This document shows positions 46,043 to 55,418 of a DNA stretch of 64,000 bases, piece by piece. The stretch spans positions 256,001 through 320,000 of the forward strand of contig JBOEGF010000005.1 in assembly GCA_050633305.1 (NCBI GenBank), given 5' to 3'. The DNA is from Nannocystales bacterium. Its GTDB lineage: Bacteria > Myxococcota_A > Polyangia > Nannocystales > Nannocystaceae. The stretch's first letter is position 1. Each line of letters starts with the position of its first letter. The translations under genes and the position numbers were made by a program. Under the pieces are notes generated by a model. It had not been told where the DNA came from. It saw only the letters and a list, made by a program, of their open reading frames with translations, and ran no database searches.

Positions 46043-46975
46043 ATGCTTCGACGATGGGCCCTGGGTGTGCTCCTGGCTACCGCTGCCTGCAAGCCAGCGC
46101 CCGGCATTCCGACGACAGCGCCTGGTGGCGCGGACCCGGCGGACCCGGGTGTGGCTGCTGTTCCCAGCGAGACCGCCACCGTCCTACGCTACGACGCGAG
46201 CGCCCGCACGCTGAAGCAGGTCGGTCACTTGGAGCTGATCCAGCGCGGGGCCGGGCAATACGCCGAGGCGGTGGTGGATCTGGAGGCGGTCATCGCCTTC
46301 GAGCCCAAGGGAGACCGGCTCGAGGTCGTTTGGACCGTCAGTGACATCACGGGGCTCGAACTCCGCGGTGCCCTTCAGCGCGACGACGACGAGACCGACA
46401 CATTCCTCGAGACCCACGGGTTCGGCGCCTACCTCAGCGACCTTCGTGGCCAGGCAGAGGTCGATCCTGCCCTGCCCAAGAATGCGGAACGCGAGTCGAA
46501 GCTCGCTGCGATGCGTCAAGAGATCGCCGACGCGACCGAGGCGGGAAAGCCGGCTCCGATCGTCCCCGGCCTGCAGATGCTCAGCTACCTTCCTCCGCTC
46601 CTGCAGTTGCCGACGCTGCCCGAGGAGCCCCTCCCGCTCAGCGAGCCGGTGACCGTTCACCGGGAGGAGGAGACCGAGCTTGGAGAGACGGGTCTCGTGA
46701 TCCCCTTCGACGTCGAAGTCGAGTACACGCTCGTGCGAATCGAAGAGTCCGGCGGCGCGCGTTTGGCCGAGATGGTCTTCGAAGGCACCGCGGTGGGTGT
46801 GCAAGAAGGCCCCGGCGGCGAGATCGTGATCGAGAGCAAGCAGCGCGGAACACTGCTGTTCGATCTGGGACGCCGAATCCCGGTTTCGTACGAATCGACC
46901 CGAACTGAAACGATCGAGATGGGTCAGTTCAGCGGGGAGACCGAAACGACCCTCCGCGCGACGTGGGAAGAGTAG
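46043..46975 (+). CDS. Hypothetical beta-rich lipoprotein
   Basis: Lipobox TAAC; amphipathic strands; GC3 bias. Confidence 0.75.
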   Translation: MLRRWALGVLLATAACKPAPGIPTTAPGGADPADPGVAAVPSETATVLRYDASARTLKQVGHLELIQRGAGQYAEAVVDLEAVIAFEPKGDRLEVVWTVSDITGLELRGALQRDDDETDTFLETHGFGAYLSDLRGQAEVDPALPKNAERESKLAAMRQEIADATEAGKPAPIVPGLQMLSYLPPLLQLPTLPEEPLPLSEPVTVHREEETELGETGLVIPFDVEVEYTLVRIEESGGARLAEMVFEGTAVGVQEGPGGEIVIESKQRGTLLFDLGRRIPVSYESTRTETIEMGQFSGETETTLRATWEE

Positions 46976-47009
46976 GGCCGCCGCTCTTGCGAGCGCTACA
47001 ATAGGATCG

Positions 47010-48836
47010 GTGATCCTTCAGCCCGACGACTGCGTACCGCTCGCCGTCGTCCGGCTCATGGGGAACGGCGCCATTGTCGGTCTCGAGGGCGAGTGGGCGC
47101 GGCTGTGCTCTGAGCTCCGGTTTGGGTGCTGTGCCTACGACGTGATCCCCGTCGGTCTTCGCGATGGACTCCAGGCTGCGATGGCCGAGCATCGGGCGAT
47201 GCGTTTTCGGTTTGCGCAGGGCGGTCACGAATGGCTGTGTCGGGTCGAGCCGGATGGGGAGGGCTTCGTCTTGCACGCGTCCGCGCTGCCGGACTCGATG
47301 CTCGACGAAGAGGCACCGCGCCACCGGGTCGGGCGCTTCATGGACGACGCACCATTCCACGTGAGCGTCGCCGACGTACAACATGGCGGCCGCATCGCCG
47401 TGTGGAGTCGACACTCCGCGAGCATGTTCGGGTACACGTCCACCGAAGCGCTTTCGGGGCTCACCGCGCGAGATCTCTACGCGTCCGAATCGGACTACCT
47501 CGCAATGCTTGCGGAGGTCGAGGACGGCCAGTCCTCCGCCAAGTGCACGATGAAGCGCAAAGACGGGACGACCTTCGTCGGCCGTGTGCTGGTGATGCCG
47601 GGACGGAACAGCGCCGGAACCCTGACCGAGCGCTGCACCTTCATCGAAGACATCAGCGGCGCACAACAGGCCGAGCGCGAACTCTCAGAGGCGCAGCGCA
47701 TCGGCGGACACGACGACCGGGTTCGGTTGATGGGGCAGCTGGCAGGAGGGATCGCCCACGACTTCAACAACCTTCTGACCGCGATCATGTCGAGCGCCGA
47801 GATGCTCGCACTGCAGTGCCGTGATCAGCCCGAGGCGACCGAAGACCTCGCGGTGATCACCAACGCAGCGCGCTCGGGCTCCAGCCTAACCCGCCGGCTG
47901 CTCACGTTCACCCGCAACAAAGTCGAAGCCCCTCGGCGCATCGACGTCCCTGCCTGGTTCTCCGAGCTCCTTCCGTTCCTGCAAAGGCTGGTCCCCGAAC
48001 GTGTTCGCTTCGAGCACGCGATGGAAGGCCTGGGCGCCATCGAGATCGACCCCAACGAACTCGAGCAGGTCGTCCTCAATCTCGTGGTCAACGCGGTGGG
48101 GGCGATGCCCGATGGCGGGGTGCTCACGCTGCGGTGCCGTTGTGTGGACAACCGCATGTTGCTCGAGGCCGAGGACACGGGTGTTGGCATGCCTGCGGAC
48201 TTGCACGAGCGCGTGTTCGAACCGTTCTTCACCACCCGAGCGGAGGGCACTGGACTTGGGCTCGCGACGGCACGCGCCATCGTGCGGCGGGCAGGGGGGG
48301 AGATCTGGGTGCTCAGCGCGACGGGCAAGGGGTCGTGCTTCTCTGTATCGATCCCGCTGTGCGCCGGCGTGCCTGCCCCTGTACACGTGCTTCATCCCGT
48401 GCCTGCGCCCCCGGACGACCGCGGCGTCGCCCTGCTCATCGAGGACCAGGTGGATGTGCGCTACGCGGTCGAGCGCCTGCTGCGTTCGATGGGATTCGAT
48501 GTTCGTGCCGAGCCCGACGTTCGCTCGGGACAGCACGCACTCGAAGAGATGGAGCGCTGCACGCTTCTGCTCACCGACTACATGCTGCCCGACGGCACCG
48601 GGCTGGATCTGATCAACGACGTTCGAGAGGTGTTCCCCGAAGCGCGGGCCGTGCTGATGTCCGGCTACTTGCAGGAACTCGAGGTCGCCGACGAGCACTT
48701 CGACCGGCTCATCGCCAAGCCGTTCACGCGGACCCAGCTCGGCGAGCTGCTGACGAGTCTCGACACCGAGCCAGCGCCGCCGCAGGAGATGCGGCGGGAG
48801 GCGAGGGACCCTACGGGTGGTGAACGACGGCGATGA
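47010..48836 (+). CDS. Hybrid sensor histidine kinase (PAS-HisKA-HATPase-REC)
   Basis: AGGIAHDFNNLL H-box, NLVVNA, DTGVGM, FEPFFTT, GTGLGL; receiver LLIEDQ...TDYMLP...KPF. Confidence 0.93.
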   Translation: MILQPDDCVPLAVVRLMGNGAIVGLEGEWARLCSELRFGCCAYDVIPVGLRDGLQAAMAEHRAMRFRFAQGGHEWLCRVEPDGEGFVLHASALPDSMLDEEAPRHRVGRFMDDAPFHVSVADVQHGGRIAVWSRHSASMFGYTSTEALSGLTARDLYASESDYLAMLAEVEDGQSSAKCTMKRKDGTTFVGRVLVMPGRNSAGTLTERCTFIEDISGAQQAERELSEAQRIGGHDDRVRLMGQLAGGIAHDFNNLLTAIMSSAEMLALQCRDQPEATEDLAVITNAARSGSSLTRRLLTFTRNKVEAPRRIDVPAWFSELLPFLQRLVPERVRFEHAMEGLGAIEIDPNELEQVVLNLVVNAVGAMPDGGVLTLRCRCVDNRMLLEAEDTGVGMPADLHERVFEPFFTTRAEGTGLGLATARAIVRRAGGEIWVLSATGKGSCFSVSIPLCAGVPAPVHVLHPVPAPPDDRGVALLIEDQVDVRYAVERLLRSMGFDVRAEPDVRSGQHALEEMERCTLLLTDYMLPDGTGLDLINDVREVFPEARAVLMSGYLQELEVADEHFDRLIAKPFTRTQLGELLTSLDTEPAPPQEMRREARDPTGGERRR

Positions 48837-49221
48837 CGTCGGAGTCCTTGGGGACCGTCATCACGCCCGTGGCCAACACCTCGGCGCCGTCGCGGATCTG
48901 GAGATCGTTCTTGCCCGACGGGATTTCGATGCCCTCCAGCGGCGCGGTGCCAGCGTAGCGCCCGTTGATGAAGATGCTGCCGCGACCACCCTCAACTCGG
49001 ACCGTCAGGCTGCCGGCGGACTTCTTGGACTGCTTGCGCCGATCCTTCGACGACGTGCGCGAGCCGGAGGCCCAGGTCCCGCCACTTTCCACACACAGAT
49101 TCCCCTCTTCGGCGCAGTCGAACGCGGCCTCGGCCGTGGGCGCAGCGGTCATGAGCCCCAAACCGAGGCCCAGCGTCGTGACGAGCAGGGAGGTGGTGAA
49201 CTTGCTGGACTTGAAGCGCAT
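48811..49221 (-). CDS. Secreted PEGA-domain protein
   Basis: Signal peptide; GSLTVRVEGGRGSIFINGRYAGTAPL...IPSGKNDLQI. Confidence 0.75.
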   Translation of the reverse strand: MRFKSSKFTTSLLVTTLGLGLGLMTAAPTAEAAFDCAEEGNLCVESGGTWASGSRTSSKDRRKQSKKSAGSLTVRVEGGRGSIFINGRYAGTAPLEGIEIPSGKNDLQIRDGAEVLATGVMTVPKDSDVIAVVHHP

Positions 49222-49455
49222 CTCGACTCCGAAAGGGCCCGTCCGAAGCGAACCCACACCCAGAATACCATCGGGGCATCACCGCGTCGGCGTGTAGATC
49301 GTTGGGTCCGTTACGACTCCTGCGCGAAGAGTGCGGAATCTTGGCCGCGATCTGGGGCGAATCGACCCGGGAGGCGACACCGGACTCGTCCCCGAAGCCC
49401 AAACCTCGGCGACAGATGAGCCCAGCGGTTTTTTGGTAAGGTCCGATCGTTGGCC

Positions 49456-50061
49456 GTGATCTCGCGACTGCAACCCTGGCTCGTTCTCGCCTGCCTCTCC
49501 TTGAGCGTGAGCGGGTGTTTCCGTGGAGCCGAGCGGGAAAAGAAGGCGCCTCCAGGGGTGCCCGGCGGCCTGTGTCTCGCGCCGGACGGCGTCTGCCAAG
49601 ACGGCATGTGCAACCGCGAGAAGAACTACTGCTACGACCCGCAAGATCCGTGCGAGGGGTTCTTCTGCGGCGGGAGCGAGCGCGGGATCTGCATCGTGAA
49701 CAACAACGAGCCGAGCTGCTCTTGCCACGAGGGCTTCGAGGCGGAGACCTTCGAGCTCTACTGTTGCCCGAACGACGCAAACCAAGACGCCGCCTGCGCC
49801 GAGGCGCAAACCGGGTCGTCGGGGAGTTCCAACACGTCCACGAGCGGGGGGTCGTCCGGGAACCTCGCGGCTTGCGAGTCGTTTGTAGATTCCGTCGACT
49901 GTTCGTTCCCCGCTGGCTCTTTGGACTGCTCTTCGTACGCGGATCTGGAGTGCGACGTCAGCGACTTCCTCGACTGTCTCGCTGACAACACGACGTGCAC
50001 CGATGGCATGGCCGATGTCACGGGATGGGCAGCCTGTGGAAGCATGGGTGCCTGCGCTTGA
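49456..50061 (+). CDS. Cys-rich (EGF-like) lipoprotein
   Basis: Lipobox VSGC; DPCEGFFCGG...CSCHEGF EGF-like motif; second Cys-rich module. Confidence 0.75.
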   Translation: MISRLQPWLVLACLSLSVSGCFRGAEREKKAPPGVPGGLCLAPDGVCQDGMCNREKNYCYDPQDPCEGFFCGGSERGICIVNNNEPSCSCHEGFEAETFELYCCPNDANQDAACAEAQTGSSGSSNTSTSGGSSGNLAACESFVDSVDCSFPAGSLDCSSYADLECDVSDFLDCLADNTTCTDGMADVTGWAACGSMGACA

Positions 50062-50116
50062 GCTCGGGATTGTCTGTGTCCGCGTGGTGTAGGTGTAAGA
50101 AGGGTCGGAGGGCTGA

Positions 50117-50833
50117 GTGACAACGGAACGTTCGGCTGCGGTCGTCCTCCTCAGTGGAGGGCTGGACTCGGTGACGGTGCTCGCGCTCGCTGCCAAGCGC
50201 GGTTTTGCCGTCCACGCGATGAGCTTTGCGTACGGTCAGCGACACGCGGTGGAGCTGTCATGCGCATCCCGCCAAGCGCAGCGATTCGGCGCGCATGCGC
50301 ACGAGGTGGTCGACCTTTCACACCTGGGGCGGCTCGTCGCGCCCGCTACGGCGCTTGTTGGGGAGAGCAACCTCGAGGTTCCCAAAGGCGGGGACCCCGA
50401 GGCGGAGGGCATTCCCACGACCTACGTCCCCGCTCGCAACACGCTCTTCCTGTCCTACGGGCTCGCCTGGGCTGAGGTGGTCGGTGCGCGGCACATCTTC
50501 ATCGGGGTCAATGCGCTCGACTACTCGGGCTATCCCGACTGCCGGCCCGTGTTCATCGAAGCTTTCGAGCGCACGGCCAACCTCGCCACGAGAATCGGCG
50601 TGGAGGACGGTGACCCGCTGCGCATCGAGACGCCGCTGCAGGAACTCCGCAAGCACGAGATCGTCACGCTTGGGCTCGAGCACGGCGTCGACTACAGCGA
50701 CACGGTCAGTTGCTATGACCCCCTCGAAGACAGCGAGGGCCGGCCGCTTGCCTGTGGGTTGTGCGACAGCTGTCAGCTTCGCCGCCGCGGGTTCGAGCTG
50801 GCCGGGGTCGAGGACCCCACCCGGTACGTCTGA
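50117..50833 (+). CDS. queC: 7-cyano-7-deazaguanine synthase
   Basis: [32 protein letters not shown]...CGLCDSC. Confidence 0.96.
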   Translation: MTTERSAAVVLLSGGLDSVTVLALAAKRGFAVHAMSFAYGQRHAVELSCASRQAQRFGAHAHEVVDLSHLGRLVAPATALVGESNLEVPKGGDPEAEGIPTTYVPARNTLFLSYGLAWAEVVGARHIFIGVNALDYSGYPDCRPVFIEAFERTANLATRIGVEDGDPLRIETPLQELRKHEIVTLGLEHGVDYSDTVSCYDPLEDSEGRPLACGLCDSCQLRRRGFELAGVEDPTRYV

Positions 50834-50898
50834 GGAGCAAGGCAGCTAGAAGTGACCAGAGGCGTGCGTTGCAGGCCGAATTCAAACCGGTCGGCGCT

Positions 50899-51369
50899 CT
50901 AGTCCTCGTACAGTGGCAGGCCGAACGCTCGGACCTGGTCTTCGCCGGAGCTGTGGCAGCCGACGCACGTGTTGTCGTTCTTGCCGGCGGAGACGAGCCG
51001 GCCACCGCCCGTGTACTCGCCCCAGAACCACCCGCCTTCTCGCCGCTCCATGAAACTGAGGTACTCAAACGAGCCTCCCTGCGCGCGGTTCCAGCCATCC
51101 TTGACGATGAGCGAGCCCTGCGGCCAGCGCTCCAGCGGTACGCCTTCGGCGATCGCGTCTTCCATCACGTCGTTGATGTACAGGTCGATGAATCCGCCGT
51201 GGGGGCCGCCTTCGGCCGGCAGGCGCCCCTCCTCCCATCCCGGCGCCCGGGCGTAGATGTTGCGGTAGTCGTCGTCCCGGAGTTGGTCTCGGATGTCGTC
51301 GGCCTCGCTGGCGTTGCAGCCGCCGGAGAGTGTCAGCAAGACAGCGACGACGGTTTGTGCGGGGGACAT
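50899..51369 (-). CDS. Cytochrome P460 / c'-beta family lipoprotein
   Basis: WPQGSLIVKD, WFWGEY, C-terminal CVGCH heme motif. Confidence 0.78.
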   Translation of the reverse strand: MSPAQTVVAVLLTLSGGCNASEADDIRDQLRDDDYRNIYARAPGWEEGRLPAEGGPHGGFIDLYINDVMEDAIAEGVPLERWPQGSLIVKDGWNRAQGGSFEYLSFMERREGGWFWGEYTGGGRLVSAGKNDNTCVGCHSSGEDQVRAFGLPLYED

Positions 51370-51603
51370 CGTCTTGGTGTACTCGCGCTGCGAAGATCGG
51401 TTACAGGATTCGTCCCAGGATGGGCCGACCGCACTTGTGCACAACTCTGTGCGTTTCGGCGACCCGCCAACATGTCTGTGAGGGCCACTGTCCCGGCCAA
51501 GAAGCTGCTTCGAACAGGGCGGCCGAACACTGATTCGATCCATTCCTCGGGGGCGTCGTTGGATTAAGTTTCTGTGCTCTTTGCAGCTCCCTAGGTTGGT
51601 CGC

Positions 51604-51981
51604 ATGAAGCGATTCATCATCACGAGCGCAACCCTCCTGCTGGCCATCTCGACCGCGGGGTGCGACGAACCTGTTGAGGACGGTATGGAACTTCGGGCCG
51701 CGGAGGTCGACGTCGAATCGGGGGAGGGGATGGACGAGTTCGACACCCTCGACGGTGATGGCGAGAGCATCGCCGTCTCGTGTCCTCCCGACGGCGCCTA
51801 CACGACCACGAGCAACCCCGGGTTCACGGAGGGCTGGGTCGAGTACTGGTCGATTGTGGTCGGCGAGTGCAACGGTCGCAGCGCGATCCGTGGGTATTGC
51901 CCGTCCTCGATGGGAGGCACCACGTTCAACAACCAGTGTGGCTGCGGTTGTGTTTGGAGCGACGACGGCGGGATGCAGTAG
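51604..51981 (+). CDS. Small Cys-rich lipoprotein
   Basis: Lipobox TAGC, acidic linker, six Cys in the C-terminal part. Confidence 0.7.
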   Translation: MKRFIITSATLLLAISTAGCDEPVEDGMELRAAEVDVESGEGMDEFDTLDGDGESIAVSCPPDGAYTTTSNPGFTEGWVEYWSIVVGECNGRSAIRGYCPSSMGGTTFNNQCGCGCVWSDDGGMQ

Positions 51982-52063
51982 GGGGCTGCGTCCTCGGTCG
52001 TCTGGGACCCGGGCCGCGGCGACGACAGTCGATCGATGGCCCGGCGTCTGAGGCTCAGCCCGT

Positions 52064-53593
52064 TCAACCCAGGACAAGCGGCAAGATGCCCACGACGGCG
52101 AGCATCAGCACAGCGAAGCCGAGCAGGTCGAGTCGGAAGCCGAACCGAACCATCGCGTCGAGCCTGATCATTTGGGTTCCATAGGCCATCGCGTTGGGCG
52201 GGGTGCTGACCGGAAGCATGAACGCGTAGCTGGCAGCAAGTGTGACCGCAACGGCGGTGGCGGTTGAGTCGAAGCCACTGGCCTGCGCGATGCCGATCAG
52301 AACCGGCAGCATCATGCTGGTGGTCGCGGTGTTGCTCGTCACCTCGGTGAGGAACACGACCAGCAACACGGCGGCTGCGGTCAGTCCCAACGGAGACTCG
52401 ACCAAAGGCCCCGCCGCGTCGAGGATGCCGCGACCGACCGCTTCGGCCAGACCGGTTTGAAAGGTCATCCGTCCAAGTGCCAGGCCGCCGCCGAGCAAGA
52501 ACAGGGTCCCCCAATCCATCTTCTGGGCATCTTCCCAGTCGAGAAGTCGTTCGCCGGGCTTGCCGCGCGCACCGCTGGGGACGAAGAACAGCAGGCACGC
52601 ACACACCAATGCGACGACGCCCTCGGCCAGGTGTCCCTTGGTCCATGTCGCGAAGGGGTGATCAGCCCCGAGGAGGAGCTTCGAGAAGGACGGGGTGAGC
52701 CATCCGACCACCGCGATGGCAAACACGAACAGAGTCCGAATCTCAGCCTTGGTCACGCCCCCGAGCTCGGCGAGCTGACGCCGCACCTCCCCCATCAGGC
52801 CTTCGACTCGGCGGACCGGAGCGGGGAAGTAGCGAAGTGTTCCCCAAACCACGAGGGCCGTCATCACGGTGGCCGTGGGGAGGCCGAACGACATCCACTC
52901 GAGAAAGTCGATACGGGCGCCGGTCTTCGCCTCCAGCATGCCAACCGCGATGACGTTGGGCCCGGTGCCGATCGGGGTTGCGGAGCCACCGAGCGAGGCG
53001 GAGTACGCCAACGCCAGGCACATTCCGCCGCTGAATCTGTGGAGCTTGCTGGTGGTCTCTTCGTCCTTGGGGAGGACCGCGACCATGGTTCGATGCAGTC
53101 CAAGCGCGACCGGGATCAACATCGCTGTTGTCGCGGTGTTGCTGATCCACATCGAGAACACAAACGAGATCAACGCGATCGTGATCATCGCTCGGGCCGG
53201 AGACCCCGCGACGATCGGCCGTGCGATCAGCCACAGCGCGGCACGACGATCGAAGCGATGTCGGGACAGTGCTGCGGCGAGCATGAAGCCGCCCATGAAC
53301 AGGAAGATGAGCGGGTCGGCGAACGCGGCGAGGGCTTCCCTGGGCGAGGTGACACCAAAGACCGCGGCCAACGCAGGGCCGAGCAGTGCAGCCGCGGGGA
53401 GCGGAATCGCCTCGGTGACCCACAACAGCACGGTCATCGCGGATATCGCCGCCAGCGAGTGAGCTTCTTCGCTCAGTCCGGGCATCGGCGTCAGAAGGAG
53501 GCCGATGAACACCACCGGAGCCGCGACCAATCCAACCCGTCGACGTAGGGCGTCGAAGCGCGCTTCTGCATCGCTAACTTTGCCGGCGGTCAC
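52064..53593 (-). CDS. DASS/SLC13 family Na+-coupled anion symporter
   Basis: WVTEAIP, SMWISNTAT, ATPIGTGPN, TEVTSNTAT, FMLPVSTPPNA. Confidence 0.94.
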   Translation of the reverse strand: MTAGKVSDAEARFDALRRRVGLVAAPVVFIGLLLTPMPGLSEEAHSLAAISAMTVLLWVTEAIPLPAAALLGPALAAVFGVTSPREALAAFADPLIFLFMGGFMLAAALSRHRFDRRAALWLIARPIVAGSPARAMITIALISFVFSMWISNTATTAMLIPVALGLHRTMVAVLPKDEETTSKLHRFSGGMCLALAYSASLGGSATPIGTGPNVIAVGMLEAKTGARIDFLEWMSFGLPTATVMTALVVWGTLRYFPAPVRRVEGLMGEVRRQLAELGGVTKAEIRTLFVFAIAVVGWLTPSFSKLLLGADHPFATWTKGHLAEGVVALVCACLLFFVPSGARGKPGERLLDWEDAQKMDWGTLFLLGGGLALGRMTFQTGLAEAVGRGILDAAGPLVESPLGLTAAAVLLVVFLTEVTSNTATTSMMLPVLIGIAQASGFDSTATAVAVTLAASYAFMLPVSTPPNAMAYGTQMIRLDAMVRFGFRLDLLGFAVLMLAVVGILPLVLG

Positions 53594-53747
53594 GTGCGGC
53601 GGATTCTATCAGCGGCCGATCTTGCCACGGGGGACCTGGCATGCCCCCTATAGAAGGACTGTTCTCTCGGAAGTGTACGAAAAGGTAGGGGATTGTGGTT
53701 TTCTACGATCGAGCTTGCTTCTGCCAGGGCAGCGGTATCCTCAGGTC

Positions 53748-54002
53748 GTGGGGAGCCATCGTTGCGGCCGCTGTGACGAGGATGTGGAGGGCCAGCACGA
53801 GCAGCCAAAGCTCCGTCGCCTGGCTCGGTTCTACTTCCTCATGCCGATCCCGTTTGTGCCGCTGCTGCCGATCATCGCCTCGGACTTCATCGTGATGATC
53901 CCGCTGACGATGCTCTACCTCATGGGGGCCGGGGCGGCTCTGCGCTTCATCACTCAAAAGCCAACGTGCCCGGAGTGCGGGGCGTTCGTCGAACCGTTGT
54001 AG
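53748..54002 (+). CDS. Small zinc-ribbon membrane protein (CxxC-hydrophobic hairpin-CxxC)
   Basis: CGRC and CPEC flank two hydrophobic segments. Confidence 0.65.
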   Translation: MGSHRCGRCDEDVEGQHEQPKLRRLARFYFLMPIPFVPLLPIIASDFIVMIPLTMLYLMGAGAALRFITQKPTCPECGAFVEPL

Positions 54003-54020
54003 CGCCGATTCGGGAACCTC

Positions 54021-55400
54021 GTGGGAGGTTCGAACGGCCTGCCGGACGCAATTTCGTGCCATGGTCGCTCGGTGCCTGGATCGAGTCCCACGGCTGCACG
54101 CCTACGCCTGTGGGTCGGTGTGTTTGTGGGGATCCTGGGGCTGTTCTACGCAAGCCAGTCTTCTGGGCTCGTGTCCAGCAACGACGGCTCACACGTTGCG
54201 CTCGGCCGTGCAGTGGTGCTCCGAGCAGAGCCCTCCATCACGCCGGAGGTCGGGCTCACGCTGTGGATCGACCGGGCCGTCCGACACGGAAAGGACTACT
54301 CGGACCGTCCTCCGGGGACCGCGTTCGCGGCCCTGCCCGCGATCTGGGTGGGGAACCGGTTCGACGATGCGTGGGGCCGTACTTCGATCGCTCGCCTGAA
54401 GGCAGGCGCAGACGGCAACGACTTGGAGTCCGTCGTCGTCGTCCGCCCCGCCACCGACCGCTACATCTCCACGTACGGCAAACGTCGCTTGGAGAAGGGG
54501 GGTCGTTCGCCGAACTTGATCGAGCTGCAGGGCACCGCGCTGTGGGTCGGGGTGCACGCAGGGGGCATGGGAGCGCTGGGCCTCGCCGGGTTGTTGATGC
54601 TGCTGCGTAGGCGCGACGTGGAACCCACGGGACAGTTCATCGTCGTCCTCGCGGTGGGGGTCGGGACGCTGTGGGGGCCGTACTCGACCATGTTGTTCAG
54701 CCACGTCAGCGCCGGGACGATGCTGGTGTGGTGTGTGTGGGGCCTGGAGACTCTGTCCTCGGAGGTCACACCGGGGGCTCGTTGGCGGGCAGCCCTCATC
54801 GCCGGGCTTTGCGGGGCCTGGGCGGTGAGCACGGACTACGCCCTGGTCGTTGCGATCGTGCCGCTCGCCCTCGTGCTCGGGCCCTTCCGTGAGCTGCCCA
54901 AGCTCGCCTTGGGCGCGATGCCGGTCGTCATCGCGACCGCCGTCTATCACGACGCAGCGTTCGGGTCCCCGCTGTCGATCGGCTACGACCACCATGCGAC
55001 GTTTGCGTTTGCGACCTCCCGCGCCGCGACGTTCTCCGGCAACCCGGTGACCGGCCTGTGGAGCTTGTGGGGTGCGGGGGAGGGGGCCGGCGCGCTGGTG
55101 ATGGCACCGGTGCTTTTGGTGGCTGCCGCAGGGATGGCTCTGGAGCGGCGCATCGGGCTCGCGCTGCTTCCGTGGGCCCTGCTGCTGTGTTTTCACCGGA
55201 CGCCAACCGGTGGGGCGGGCGAGGATCATCGCTACCTCGTTCCGATCGTTGCGGTGCTGGGCGTGGGCCTCGGCGCGCTCTGGACCCGTTGTGCGACCCG
55301 TCCCCCGGCCCAGGCACGCTTGCTCCGGGTGTCGCTCGTGGTGCTGACCGCGGTCAGCGCGGCCCTCGTTTGGTCCCACTTCTTCGCTTGGCGCGGCTGA
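54021..55400 (+). CDS. Polytopic membrane protein, probable GT-C-fold glycosyltransferase
   Basis: First loop SNDGSH...YSDRPPG, many TM segments, late RYLVP motif; start uncertain. Confidence 0.6.
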   Translation: MGGSNGLPDAISCHGRSVPGSSPTAARLRLWVGVFVGILGLFYASQSSGLVSSNDGSHVALGRAVVLRAEPSITPEVGLTLWIDRAVRHGKDYSDRPPGTAFAALPAIWVGNRFDDAWGRTSIARLKAGADGNDLESVVVVRPATDRYISTYGKRRLEKGGRSPNLIELQGTALWVGVHAGGMGALGLAGLLMLLRRRDVEPTGQFIVVLAVGVGTLWGPYSTMLFSHVSAGTMLVWCVWGLETLSSEVTPGARWRAALIAGLCGAWAVSTDYALVVAIVPLALVLGPFRELPKLALGAMPVVIATAVYHDAAFGSPLSIGYDHHATFAFATSRAATFSGNPVTGLWSLWGAGEGAGALVMAPVLLVAAAGMALERRIGLALLPWALLLCFHRTPTGGAGEDHRYLVPIVAVLGVGLGALWTRCATRPPAQARLLRVSLVVLTAVSAALVWSHFFAWRG

Positions 55401-55418
55401 ACCTCTATACAGACCGCT

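Noticed and set aside
50062..50833. preQ1 riboswitch or Dpd/QatC-type defence role for queC
   Set aside because: The short leader has no recognisable preQ1 motif; the protein is canonical-length QueC with no dpd or qat neighbours.
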